Below are positions 29,601 through 37,558 of a stretch of 64,000 nt of DNA, piece by piece (positions within the stretch are counted from its first letter, which is position 1; every line of letters starts with the position of its first letter). The DNA comes from an uncultured virus (IMG/VR IMGVR_UViG_3300025438_000011) (Duplodnaviria; Heunggongvirae; Uroviricota; Caudoviricetes). Location: the IMG/VR virus record IMGVR_UViG_3300025438_000011; one strand, given 5' to 3'. The notes below the pieces were generated by a model, which was not told the DNA's origin, did not search any database, and was given only the letters and a program-made list of their open reading frames with translations. The position numbers were made by a program, and so were the translations under genes.

Positions 29601-29965
29601 GCATAAAGAACTTTATAACCATCCACACCAGAATAGTATGGGTCTATACTGTTTTCTCTTAGATTATCTGAATCATACTCACCACCAACTATAAAAACTT
29701 TCTCACCAACTTTATAATTGTGATCAACTTCTGTATAGAATAGTGAATAATTGATACCCCCAACAAAGTAAGGCTCTACCCATTTCTTTAACCTAACAGC
29801 AAATGTCCTATCTGTGAGGCTTTTAGTAATAGCCTTCGAATCCAATTTAACTACACTTTGTGGTGAGTTCGATATTGATTCGTTTAAAGCATCTAACTGG
29901 GCTTGGTTAAGTCCTGGTAGGTTCTTATAAATCGTATTAATAGCCAGTTTATTAGGTAATTTCAT
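20657..29965 (-). CDS. Giant 3102-aa putative virion protein
   Basis: Many W..G.F..G.F repeats; N/S/T/G-rich; Ig-like C-terminal segments. Confidence 0.7.
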   Translation of the reverse strand: MKLPNKLAINTIYKNLPGLNQAQLDALNESISNSPQSVVKLDSKAITKSLTDRTFAVRLKKWVEPYFVGGINYSLFYTEVDHNYKVGEKVFIVGGEYDSDNLRENSIDPYYSGVDGYKVLYADRTKVVLDIEYTGVEPTNEEPIDVFVKIYTISTQYDFDYFMQTLSMRDDNGNLESKFQEGYNNFLYLNGTFTINSGNFNGLTGFLPSTSSGNGFYIRNSSNELEEITTDVLSNNIIPHINVDYDVPLSGFYNLLKMRVMNSRFRSGGTDFKTDHIYHFNTTQNKWMVDRSYMPTIITKSNFRGGLLAGGEFNQGLYGHYDERLDYNGENIKWSLGTTLNVNWKSGTLGSDHYKNDSNFTVFDRTGLPQVRANAENNGGAGYNYVFDTDFEGGDVINGNIFNLSTFYGTMSSVSALENYIDGTAITYSVTLSGGVYYNSDILFANIKNTTLISSRVVNSLVRDSKAVNSEIVSSAFINSLYLGDNVIKIQAYEESNIKWYDKNISLPTGVDYKMYKFYITDASFLRMRELQYFYLKDVIVNVGNQELLNFFDDKFQVGHWTQTYDEIGSKSERQVLVQLSTKEENRNSPGEITTETDLQPNFENTLPSIDVFISGGEDFNYGSTTSYPRTFISDTVDIKDAYILEGDFVSGLFKDSTWVSGNYINYNTDYSFNQNSDYYQGDATFGPRSIETSDQSIVVRTPISKRPDVIGTQSFESNIVFLNSVYYDSTQNVTNPGTNFVRLPDTYKVISYSSSLSNRDFTLRDVSTQSNIANWGYDVTNGNYFNSLEAQNKYNYLHPVKFENSEIRGGLFRRAYFDNCTFTNFDYNTQDKDLTDVIEKRNFLVSDVIFDDNSNTIESGMFQYSHFLSGSDNWKNGIFHRGIWSETTSTYSFSPTSSTIYTREPSKFSGGVFRESQWENGVFENGTFYNNRSNEAGVSDVLTGRISVYYTNTQETKWSWMNGVFENGDFEKSNFEKGIFEDGNLFNSSFLTGEALGGNFGRKNIPFKKSRVYTGTFSNMNVINAEFRTLDPTGLQGIQASIHWNSGVFNSGVFGVDISNGYTPSSYIRTNTWLDGRFDGGDFTDVAEWKDGIFNGGRFLSYYQYDGQTPYELSVATSASFSWQGGVFNNGEFGRGDVGENSTWYSGEFNGGKFEGRYWNDGIFTRGQFNGHAGSYSTSLNEYDGFINSFNSDYYGYWNDGFVSEVKDKFITNKKLWTEVERISTKKKKRPNVDFKNMYWASGTFSHTDGTIDNSIWRDGTFENGLFSNSSFNPYYNHTTPIFISGTQTTTGWNAFNVSLNTDGLYEYSSTINYTPFNGSVIQDNVLQVGKTYTLQIEITENSMVSGDIYTNDGVFVAGSGQVGIFNISFTPLTTEFMLTFSGLGNVLFKKLVVYPGTISGFNTDESCVWLNGEAYSSDIYYSKWYQGTFDSYATSSQGNAWGVIWKDGIVKYQNAYNVTWENGVWKNGNWFGSPFKQISTYSNVLSYPGFSSDILNNTSLYASQSLGLSDWDTLHMNDTFTGSFGVEQTKYGEFDGNTDGWDGTNWTPQTNYDLVYGNVIGDNISTTTDFAEVVINEGVSILNPPNGTADMFTETQQQYNIEIKYSGYVGVSYFSPPPVLKFRVDVGYVGSATTDDESSNGGIRRFITAELQSATSFLGFPIRFSTWYGGVLNYTYTPTNLDLSNSRKIKIQRLSHTGDSIGMELNIQSVSVIPYDVVYDDVTNNELWSVPSWTPNIGQDITLPNNIIYKIGDLTSLYGNGRFMAGIWENGVWNEGWRDDKTTLWSSDIFNFSGGKNFAFKTEKYKTAWNVRLNIIQNNQSPGSFSDFNVGDKVSIGNIIAIDINDNRRLLRDTMIITDKYEGYENDPFSLNNQILVQTITVQFETTFPIRSVERDSEEHIMMITKNIWLNGVFLNGKFLNGVWSNGLMQGFPYITEMINQHWVDGVLKGGRFQGLTSSYIDNLGNTPTVYNTGLIQKFIFSDENVSGIPFKFKFNSWVDVNYFRESGVNINRVNEVFNQTPLSFTSSYIENNHYGFPTKDVLESVSSLRNGHNLDIRKYKLGWKFKEYQEWIPQQEIQFNSINQYNWVNSSSSDQIIEIDNGSGYGLSNLEQSGWTFGYGSTDTFGDAVNSIVNNYGNLPINLQNKLIFSGGKQSPSIIGQELENYTLDFIDNTDIELEKLRYSFVEITGENLNPVGIGSELNPIVFFNNYPASYSVASKTFYYGNTQSFITIPVNQFATSSVVNQREYFYNKKGLEMTLLSGSDTNSGTFSMAFEKIRLVETDMIPFLNYTGGCSSINDEVDEVDEVVLPSWNEDGITISLESTSGEFSANNSWDVYFTEEQLNSSPDTLDGESIEFSALARDQYGSGYYKVWYTWCDPDYPENPNSGSIQFGTNGTYNLSNNTTYYINGSISTFQEGYDFWNTINSPSGGTQTFPNSPGYNQNVWAIFAYAVFPYDAINTIGTISGYSGYDQMVPIPGQQEAQTNACLASDSDPCEGVIQVIPSSSTGGGISGLAEPGDTLNIQTFTINNGGLLNPTDFVVTWIFPDGSTEISSLPGAPIETTVSGVYSVTMVNVETGCVWNNTFSVGNIVGCDLQVNLINEDGVINIEVIFNGQTVAAGNTNESLSFGASDLNSLVWSRTDGNLANNWDFTVPLGNQNDVYLSYPYSPSYDPIEPGQTFQVTVSIGNCVSTNTLTINPEAEPNNTNSLINRLYMPFAGYTQSYTSYQSDGNTGITTDNPIDPVSGVPRYLPYYENTDWSYTLRITFLEGTGWIFVHLPFSHPVDPGSAITFFGGDINQSIIIGIGPSNIDAMQSNLPEWNWQGQSNASWNGTIDSPSISGQDRDIVSVIIKTEPGNWTQAPLNVVVDDAGGVGYWDMQLLPLYLTDYATTPVAYTGFRKRNYSNDDNRLVVETTDYSVNPLGITQLDRLASNYSQKVAFEAIWLGEANNYPEELNWNIFLPFDNFLEVPGIESVSNYDLIRVTGDWSDLIGTQTYDIDVEAINTIPNSGEEDPTDVDSTIFYNDDDIICFNYINGDIQIPYVSKAPNIDYDNSNFDYLSSVSVWLPNININIPQITSTPQLTTQFITFPDDAANSN

Positions 29966-30065
29966 AAAATACTTTTATCGTCTTTCATCTATATATAAAA
30001 TGTTTAGACTTTTACAGTTTTTTTTCATATATTTGTAAGATTGTATAATAAAAAGAAAAATAATT

Positions 30066-31154
30066 ATGAGTCAGTGGAAAGTAAGTAAAGAAAAAATAGA
30101 GATATTCCCACATGGGAATGCTGATACATTATCATTGGGTAAGGTTGGATCGTACCAAGTTGTGGTACAGTCTGGTATTTACAAAGATGGTGATACTGTT
30201 GTGTTTGCACCTGAGAAATCAGTGCTTACTGGACAGATAAAAACAGAATTTGAAAAATACCTTGTTGGTCCAGAAAATGATCGAGTAAAGGGTGTTCGTC
30301 TTCGGGGTGAGATTTCAAGTGGAATTCTTATTCCAAAACATTTACTTGTGGGTATCGAAGATGCTGAGATTGGTGAGGATGTATCTGAGAAATTGGGTAT
30401 ATCACATTACGAACCACCAATTCCACAACAATTGGCTGGCAAAGTTAGGTCTTTTGAGATGAAATACATTGGATCACACGATTGTGAGCAAGTTGGTGTT
30501 TATGTTAATGACCTCATTCCTGGTGAAAGAATTGTTGTGAGTGAGAAAGTTCATGGATCACAATTTATTCTTGGTCACGATGTTGATAAGAATGAAACAA
30601 TTGTATCATCTAAGGGTATGTTAAAGAAAGGACTTGTTCTTGAAGAATCTGACGATAACACTTACTGGATTGCTGCTAAGAATGATGGTATCATTGAAAA
30701 AATCCGAGAACATTATGATACTGGCGTTGTTCAAGTATTTGGTGAAGTTGTTCCTGTACAGGGTGGTTACAATTACGGCCAAACAAAACCAACGGCTAGA
30801 CTTTTCGATGTACGTGTGAATAGTGTTTCTATTCCATATGATGTTGTTCCGGAGCCATTCAGAGAGATGTGGGTTCCTATCATCTATGATGGTGAGATTA
30901 ACTTGATTGAAAATGAAGTGGTTCTTTTTTCTGATCCAGAAAGAGGGATTCATAAAACTAAAATAACCTACACATTACCTGATGAAATCACAAGAATGTG
31001 TAAGGGTATGGAAACAGTTTCTGGGAAGCAAGTTCATATCAGAGAGGGTGTTGTTGTTAGACCATACATCGATAGAGATGCTAGGGATGGTAACAAACTT
31101 AGATTGAAAATAATCAATCCTAAGTACAAAGAAAGCGGTGAGGAAATATCTTAG
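30066..31154 (+). CDS. ATP-dependent RNA ligase, DRB0094/Rnl5 family
   Basis: N-terminal HGNADTL OB-like module, RLRGEISSG, motif I SEKVHGS, FGE, REGVVV, LKIINP. Confidence 0.88.
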   Translation: MSQWKVSKEKIEIFPHGNADTLSLGKVGSYQVVVQSGIYKDGDTVVFAPEKSVLTGQIKTEFEKYLVGPENDRVKGVRLRGEISSGILIPKHLLVGIEDAEIGEDVSEKLGISHYEPPIPQQLAGKVRSFEMKYIGSHDCEQVGVYVNDLIPGERIVVSEKVHGSQFILGHDVDKNETIVSSKGMLKKGLVLEESDDNTYWIAAKNDGIIEKIREHYDTGVVQVFGEVVPVQGGYNYGQTKPTARLFDVRVNSVSIPYDVVPEPFREMWVPIIYDGEINLIENEVVLFSDPERGIHKTKITYTLPDEITRMCKGMETVSGKQVHIREGVVVRPYIDRDARDGNKLRLKIINPKYKESGEEIS

Positions 31155-31209
31155 AGTTTAGTTCTTTCCCAGTTATATTATTTTATATATACTGGAAAAG
31201 AACTAAACT
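31155..31209. promoter_or_regulatory. 19-bp hairpin with a TTTATATATA motif in its loop, abutting the ATG at 31211
   Basis: AGTTTAGTTCTTTCCCAGT / ACTGGAAAAGAACTAAACT, 1 mismatch. Confidence 0.6.
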
Positions 31210-31210
31210 A

Positions 31211-31345
31211 ATGACAGGTATTATATATAGGGCTTATTGTGAAAGTGAAAATAAAAGCTACATAGGTCAAACAACTAAGGAATTACACAAAAGGGAGGGT
31301 GTATCTGAATATGTAACACGTAATAGGATAAGGGAAATTAATTAA
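31211..31345 (+). pseudogene. Truncated GIY-YIG endonuclease remnant
   Basis: MTGIIYRAYCESENKSYIGQTTKELHKRE..., only 44 aa. Confidence 0.7.
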
Positions 31346-31374
31346 TAATTAATTCACTGTGTTTCAGTTAGTTA

Positions 31375-31404
31375 GAAAGGGTCGGAGAAATTCGACCCTT
31401 TTTT
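31375..31404 (+). terminator. Intrinsic terminator
   Basis: AAAGGGTCGG-AGAAA-TTCGACCCTTT followed by a T-run. Confidence 0.75.
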
Positions 31405-31605
31405 AGTAAACAATACTACATTTTGTGTGTAGAAGTGTATGGGATTGAAGAAACAACCGAAGAAGGTATATCTATATCGTACTAAGTATAGTAGTAAGAT
31501 ATATCAATCATACAATGTACTTATGAATAATGTCAAGGAAGATAAGGAAGGTAGAATAGATATCTATGAACTCTCAGAATCTTATGATGATTCAGCACAG
31601 TTTAT

Positions 31606-32946
31606 ATACCTGAGCGTAAAACACACAAGTCTTTAGCTTGTGTGATGTAAGCGAATAAAAACTTTTCACAAATATTAAAGTATTTTACAAAAAAAATAAA
31701 AAATGTAAAAAATGACTTTTAAAGTTTAATATATACTTTTAATGAAAACAATATTTAAGTCATTTAAGTTTAGAATATATCCAACAAAAGATCAAGAAAT
31801 CTTGTTGGCTAAACATTTTGGGGCAAATAGATTTGTTTTTAATTACTATCTAAACAAAAGAAAAGAAAGTTATCTCGGTGAAGATAAGAAATCACTAAAT
31901 TATTATGATAATGCTAATGATTTAACACAATTAAAGAAAAATGAAGATTATATTTGGTTAAAAGAAATCAATAGTCAATCACTTCAATCATCAATTAGAA
32001 ATTTAGACACAGCTTATATGAAATTTTTTAGGAAACAAACTAAATTCCCAAGATTTAAGTCAAAATATGATAGACAATCTTTTAAAATACCACAAAATGT
32101 GTTAATTAAAGATAATAAATTAAATATACCTAAATTTAAAGAAGGAATTAAAATTAATTTACATCAAGAAATAGAAGGTAAAATAGCCTTTGCTACCATA
32201 TCTAAATCAACAACAGACAAATATTATGTATCAATTACATGTGAAATAAATCATAACCCTTTTGGAAAAACTGGTAGTGAAATAGGAATTGATACTGGAA
32301 TTAAAGACTTAGCTATATTAAGTGATGGTACTACATATGAAAATATTAAAACACTTAAAAACAATTTAAAGAAATTAAAATATGAACAGAGACAACTATC
32401 AAAGAAAGTTAAAGGAAGTTCATCAAGAAATAAACAAAGAAAAACCCTTGCTATAATTCATGAAAAAATAACCAATGTAAGAAAAGATTATTTACATAAA
32501 ATTTCTACTGAAATCATCAAAAACCACGATGTAATTTGTGTAGAGGATTTAGCTATAAAAAATATGATGAAAAATCATAAGTTAGCACAAGCATTTTCGG
32601 ATGTTAGTTTAGGTTCATTCTATTCTATGTTAGAATATAAAGCTAAATGGAATGACAAACAATATGTTAAAATTGATAGGTTTTTCCCATCATCTAAAAT
32701 GTGTTTTAAATGTGGATGGATAAATCAAGATTTAACATTAAAAGATAGAGAATGGACTTGCCCTTCATGTAACACAACACACGATAGAGATTTTAATGCG
32801 GCTAAAAACATATTAAAACAAGGTTTAAAAATACTATCTGGATTAGGGACTAATTCGGATATAAAACAAAAACAGGTGGAGTCGTTGTCGTTAGACGAGG
32901 CTATGAAACCTGAAACACATTAGTCTTTAGCTAATGTGTAGTTCAT
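31606..32946 (+). mobile_element. IS200/IS605-family (IS1341-type, tnpB-only) element
   Basis: TTTAT target at 31601-05; left hairpin CACACAAG-TCTTTAG-CTTGTGTG; right hairpin ACACATTAG-TCTTTAG-CTAATGTGT; ends TTCAT; no tnpA. Confidence 0.9.
31742..32923 (+). CDS. tnpB: RNA-guided endonuclease TnpB
   Basis: KFRIYPT N-terminus; RuvC GIDTG, VEDL, DRDFNAA intact; CFKC..CPSC zinc finger. Confidence 0.95.
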   Translation: MKTIFKSFKFRIYPTKDQEILLAKHFGANRFVFNYYLNKRKESYLGEDKKSLNYYDNANDLTQLKKNEDYIWLKEINSQSLQSSIRNLDTAYMKFFRKQTKFPRFKSKYDRQSFKIPQNVLIKDNKLNIPKFKEGIKINLHQEIEGKIAFATISKSTTDKYYVSITCEINHNPFGKTGSEIGIDTGIKDLAILSDGTTYENIKTLKNNLKKLKYEQRQLSKKVKGSSSRNKQRKTLAIIHEKITNVRKDYLHKISTEIIKNHDVICVEDLAIKNMMKNHKLAQAFSDVSLGSFYSMLEYKAKWNDKQYVKIDRFFPSSKMCFKCGWINQDLTLKDREWTCPSCNTTHDRDFNAAKNILKQGLKILSGLGTNSDIKQKQVESLSLDEAMKPETH

Positions 32947-33317
32947 TAAATCTGTTAAAGACCAGAGAGAACGTAATGAGAATCTTGATATGATTCTGAA
33001 TGATGATTCTGAACCAGCTAAAGTTCGTAGAATTGAAGAACTTATGACTGATTGGGAGGATGTTCATAATAAAAACTATAACTATGATAAAATAATTAGA
33101 CGTTTTGAGCGGGGTGGCTTGAATAGTGATAATTTTAAGAAAATTTTAAACAATCATGGTTTTCGGTATTATCTTTTATATGAAGGTCCTGATTCCGTTG
33201 AGTGGTATGAGAATGTATTATCATTACATAATATTAAAGTATTGAGTGATCGTAGAGCTGAACCACTACGTATTACCAATTTCGATAAAGCAAAGAATAA
33301 CCTTAAAAATAAAAAGA

Positions 33318-34634
33318 ATGAACGTAAGAAAGTTAGCTGAGAATGCTCTAACTAAAATTAAAGACATGGTTGATTTGCCGGAAAATGGTATAATTGCTGG
33401 TGGTGCTTTGGGTAATTTAATCTGGGAAGAAGTTTCCGGTAACAAAGCTGTCGTTAATGATGTTGATATATTCAAATATGTGAGGTTGATAACACTGGAT
33501 GATTTATCTGTTGAGCAACAACAACTTAAATACAGTAAGAATTTTTACGACAAAAAGGATCTTGAATTAGTACCGACTTATAATGGTATGACTATCAATT
33601 CAAAGACTGCTGATTTCTTCCGTATAGAAGATGTTAAAAGAGATGGGTTATTGAATATCATAGAAATTGGTGGTCCTAAGAATTCACCACAAATTATAAT
33701 TGACTCGTTTGATATAAATTCTTGTCAAATAGCTTATTGTATAAGTCGTGATGAATTTTATTGGTGTGATGAATTTGAGGAATTTTTGAAAACTGGACAA
33801 TTAGAAATATCAAATCTTATGTCACCATCACATACAGCCATTCGATTGGTTAAGAAGAAAGATGAGTTGGGTGCTAAATTAAACCCCATCGAATTGAAAA
33901 TGTGTCAATATTCTATAAAGGCAAATTTAATAGATATTAATAGAAGATATTTCACAGAGAAATACGCTAAATTGTATAGTAAGTATCACAAGGAGATGCG
34001 TCCTTATTTCTCAATTAATATATCTATGGGAGTTTCTAAATTTGTTACAGAGAAAAATAGAAAAGAAAAAAACATAGACCCTGGTGATGAAGAGAAAATA
34101 AACCTATTCAATCTTGATTGTGCTATGTTCCAAACTACGGATGGTAGTGAGTTGGATGATTGTATTGAAAATTACACAAAATGGGTTATACCGGAATGGA
34201 TTGGTATGAAAATCGATAATGGGAATCAGTTATTGAGATATGTTAGACACTTCAGTGATATTGATCCTGTTAAATATTCAAAACTCAGGTATATTATTGG
34301 TGATGAGAACTATTTCAATTATGATATTAGTGACTCGGAGTTAAACTTCATTAATAATCTAGTTACTTTTTCCAAGATTGCAATTGATAAATTATCAGGA
34401 ATGACATTGCGTGATCAGGTATTGAATATTTATAAATTAGTAGATAGGTATGATCGTAATGAGAAATTTATATCTTTGTATGTATTAGAACACCCAAAAT
34501 TTGATTTATCTAATGTACATCAATATAGTGATGATGATTATCTGTTATTGGAATTGACAAAACGTAAAGAAATAGCTAATCGTGATACTAGAAGAGAAAG
34601 AAAAATACTCGGTGATTTAATATTGAGTGTGTAA
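33318..34634 (+). CDS. Pol-beta-type nucleotidyltransferase-like protein
   Basis: IAGGAL...DVDIF...FDINSCQ; start assumed at MNVRKL. Confidence 0.6.
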   Translation: MNVRKLAENALTKIKDMVDLPENGIIAGGALGNLIWEEVSGNKAVVNDVDIFKYVRLITLDDLSVEQQQLKYSKNFYDKKDLELVPTYNGMTINSKTADFFRIEDVKRDGLLNIIEIGGPKNSPQIIIDSFDINSCQIAYCISRDEFYWCDEFEEFLKTGQLEISNLMSPSHTAIRLVKKKDELGAKLNPIELKMCQYSIKANLIDINRRYFTEKYAKLYSKYHKEMRPYFSINISMGVSKFVTEKNRKEKNIDPGDEEKINLFNLDCAMFQTTDGSELDDCIENYTKWVIPEWIGMKIDNGNQLLRYVRHFSDIDPVKYSKLRYIIGDENYFNYDISDSELNFINNLVTFSKIAIDKLSGMTLRDQVLNIYKLVDRYDRNEKFISLYVLEHPKFDLSNVHQYSDDDYLLLELTKRKEIANRDTRRERKILGDLILSV

Positions 34635-34697
34635 GAAAAAGATATTTTAGACACACTTCCGTTTTAATATATAGAACAAATATAAAGTACTGAAAAT

Positions 34698-35243
34698 ATG
34701 CAAGATATACTAAATAAGTGGGGAATTAAAGTAGATTATAACATCTTATTGGGTATGTGGAATGAATCACATAGACACTACCACAACCAAACTCACCTTC
34801 TCGACTTGATTAATAAAGTTAATGAAAAAATTGATTTTCTAACTGAAAAAGACTACGACAAATTATTGTTATGTTCTTTATTTCATGATATTGTGTATGA
34901 TCCTACTAAAACTGATAACGAAGAGAAATCAGCTGAGTTCTTTATTGATAAATGTTCTGATGATAACTCAGACATTATGGAAGTAAAACAGATGATACTT
35001 GATACTAAGACCCATAACGGTTCTACAACACTCTCACGAACGTTCTCATCTATGGACATGTCTATTGTTCAGTCTGATGTAGAAACACTCTTAGAATGGG
35101 AAAATGGTATCAGTTTAGAATATGCTGTATTTGGTGAACTTTATAAGCCAAATAGATTAGAGTTTCTAGAAAAGATGATGAATGAATATCCAATGAATTC
35201 AAGTAATTTACTGAAGTTGATTGAACACGTAGAGAGTAAGTAA
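34698..35243 (+). CDS. HD-domain phosphohydrolase
   Basis: RHYHNQTHL...FHDIVYDP...NEEKSA. Confidence 0.8.
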   Translation: MQDILNKWGIKVDYNILLGMWNESHRHYHNQTHLLDLINKVNEKIDFLTEKDYDKLLLCSLFHDIVYDPTKTDNEEKSAEFFIDKCSDDNSDIMEVKQMILDTKTHNGSTTLSRTFSSMDMSIVQSDVETLLEWENGISLEYAVFGELYKPNRLEFLEKMMNEYPMNSSNLLKLIEHVESK

Positions 35244-35567
35244 TTACCAGTACGAAACTAACCCACATACCTTACCACTACTATAAGATGTTAGGTCTAA
35301 TACGAATCCCTCTTCTTCTGATATTCTGTTACATACAACAATTTTAAATCCAAAAGTTGATCCACTAGCTGACATTGTTAAAGATAGCGAGCTTCCATTA
35401 CCGACAGCCTTTACTATTCTATCCGACGCATCACCAGACCTATCACCAGTTATGAAAACTGGCCAAATATCACCAGAATCATTATCTACGGTTATATGAA
35501 CAGATTGTCCAAATTATATTGTATTCATAACCATAATCATTAAAAAGACTTGTATAAATCTAATCAT
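35244..35567 (-). pseudogene. Secreted protein gene with a premature TAA in its signal peptide
   Basis: MIRFIQVFLMIMVMNTI*FGQSVHITVDND...; frame stays open for 89 codons after the stop at 35514-16. Confidence 0.6.
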
Positions 35568-35728
35568 CGTAGTATTATATCCAATTTTTCTTTTCTATTT
35601 TCAAGCTTTATATCCAATTCCGATTTCTCTATCTTTTCATGACACTCATTTCTATATGGTCCACTAGTAAAACGAGCATGTGAGATTAGTTTGGACAGTT
35701 CCTGAGCCATTTTTGTTGATTTATTCAT
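35564..35728 (-). CDS. 54-aa hypothetical protein with RKEKLDIIL tag
   Basis: Hand translation; ATGA overlaps on both sides. Confidence 0.65.
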   Translation of the reverse strand: MNKSTKMAQELSKLISHARFTSGPYRNECHEKIEKSELDIKLENRKEKLDIILR

Positions 35729-35931
35729 TTTAATATAATTCCTAATTTATTATTTCTATATTCTTTAATAGGTGTGAAGTAAGTGTGGTGATATACATCT
35801 TCATCACCTTGGTCATTGATTAATATGTAATGTAATCCATATATACGTTTTACATAATATATCTTATTCTCAGTAACGAAATCTGAAAATTTATTAATAT
35901 TACAAACTACTTTACCAGTAATTAGATTCAT
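35725..35931 (-). CDS. Small hypothetical protein with RNNKLGIIL tag
   Basis: Resembles the 8101 family. Confidence 0.7.
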   Translation of the reverse strand: MNLITGKVVCNINKFSDFVTENKIYYVKRIYGLHYILINDQGDEDVYHHTYFTPIKEYRNNKLGIILK

Positions 35932-35950
35932 TTGAGTATATTATTTACTT

Positions 35951-36235
35951 TTATTCTTCCCTTTTCTGATACCACTTTATATTCCCATTTCTTAACTCAT
36001 TTATACTTATCGGTCTGGGGTTCATCAATAGTAAATAGTGGTCGTTTATCCAAAAATATTTTTCACCTCTCAATTTTTCTTCTAACAACTCACCGATGTA
36101 TTCCTTTCTCATGGTTTGTTTCTTTAGAGATTCTAATTCTTGTAGTGTTTCGATAAATTTTCCACCACCACCAAATAGATGCATCTTTGTCATTAGAAAA
36201 TTTATTTTCTTCTGAACCTCATCGGATTTAATCAT
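35951..36235 (-). CDS. Hypothetical protein
   Basis: ORF, ATGA overlap. Confidence 0.6.
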   Translation of the reverse strand: MIKSDEVQKKINFLMTKMHLFGGGGKFIETLQELESLKKQTMRKEYIGELLEEKLRGEKYFWINDHYLLLMNPRPISINELRNGNIKWYQKREE

Positions 36236-37341
36236 TTTCTAAATTCTTTTTTATCATTTGAGATGTGATAATCAGATATATTGAAATACTTATCATATAC
36301 ATCACCAAGGTCAGATAACTTAACTGTATCTAGAATCGATTCTATTTGAAATACTTCGGGATTGATGTATTTATCAACACAGGAGTATCTTAGAATTTCT
36401 TGTTTCTTTAATTTATTTCTGTTGAAATCTTTAATTAAATTAAATCGGTCTTTGTTTAAGAAATCGTCTTTCTTTTTTAGTACTTTTTTGGTACCTTCAA
36501 TAACACCGGCAACATTTTTATCATCTGTTAATGTGTCGATGTGGTTAATTCCTTGCATGTTATGTCTTACTTGATACATGTTTATGTAATAGACTAAACC
36601 TCTCTTCTCTCTAACTTCTTGATAGAGTGGTGATTGTAGTCCTTGTGATATCATACTATTTAATAAGTTAACCTTAGCAAAGTCTTCGTTTATAACTGGT
36701 GATATCATTACAATAGATGATTTACCCTTGAACTCAGTATTCAATTCAAGTTCAACATCATTGTTACCACGTTCAATGTTTGTTATAATTTCTCTCTTAG
36801 CAAAATCAACAGGGATATCGTGTAATTTGAATTTCTTCGATACGTTGATAACCTTTGATGGTGTCATATACTGTTTCTCGAAATGATTAAGGCAGTCGAT
36901 GAATTTAAGATTCACCAAATCACTTTTCAACCCAATTGGATCGTAGTCATTAAACAGTTTTCTGTTTAGATTCATATGATGTGCGTATGTCTGGTCGTTG
37001 AAATAATCACCATATTCGGATAGTACGACATTTCGTTCTGTTTCGAATTGTTCTTTGGTTACTTCGAATTTAAAAATTCTATCAAAGATTTTCTTTCTGT
37101 ATTTACTTAGTGATTCTTCGAGTCCTGTAAAGTGAAAGTTAATTAGGTTTGCTTCTGTATAAGCGTTCCATGAAATTCCATCTCTATCGAAATCATCGTT
37201 TAAATCCTCTATGGATTTGCATACCAAATGTTCACACAAATGTGACAACCCAAAAATGCCTTTGTGTTCTAATAGTGTTGATCCGTCATAAATTATGTAT
37301 AGTCCGGATAGTTCTGTTTGGCTTTTTAAATTAATTACCAT
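36232..37341 (-). CDS. M16-family zinc peptidase
   Basis: GLSHLCEH (HxxEH), NAYT, ERNVVLSE, SPLYQEVREKRGLVY. Confidence 0.9.
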   Translation of the reverse strand: MVINLKSQTELSGLYIIYDGSTLLEHKGIFGLSHLCEHLVCKSIEDLNDDFDRDGISWNAYTEANLINFHFTGLEESLSKYRKKIFDRIFKFEVTKEQFETERNVVLSEYGDYFNDQTYAHHMNLNRKLFNDYDPIGLKSDLVNLKFIDCLNHFEKQYMTPSKVINVSKKFKLHDIPVDFAKREIITNIERGNNDVELELNTEFKGKSSIVMISPVINEDFAKVNLLNSMISQGLQSPLYQEVREKRGLVYYINMYQVRHNMQGINHIDTLTDDKNVAGVIEGTKKVLKKKDDFLNKDRFNLIKDFNRNKLKKQEILRYSCVDKYINPEVFQIESILDTVKLSDLGDVYDKYFNISDYHISNDKKEFRK

Positions 37342-37489
37342 TTTCCTCAATATATTTTTTTATCAAAAATTCAATGAATTTTGATTTTTTATAAAACCTT
37401 TCAACTAATATACTATCAACCACTCTATTTAATTCTGGATCAATACTTATTGATATTTTAATCTTTTTCCTATCATCTGGTATCCTCAT
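37331..37489 (-). CDS. Ribbon-helix-helix protein (52 aa)
   Basis: Hand translation KKIKISISIDPEL...KSKFIEFLIKKYI; AATATATA upstream. Confidence 0.65.
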   Translation of the reverse strand: MRIPDDRKKIKISISIDPELNRVVDSILVERFYKKSKFIEFLIKKYIEENGN

Positions 37490-37558
37490 GGTTGTTATAT
37501 ATTAAAAAATATAATAGTTTATAAAGGAACAGGAAAGTGGTAATTTTATATATAGTAT

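Larger units (their letters stand above)
31439..33340 (+). pseudogene. Hypothetical gene split by the tnpB element
   Basis: Removing 31606-32946 fuses ..DDSAQFI to KSVKDQRERNENLDMILNDDSEP.. in frame. Confidence 0.8.
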
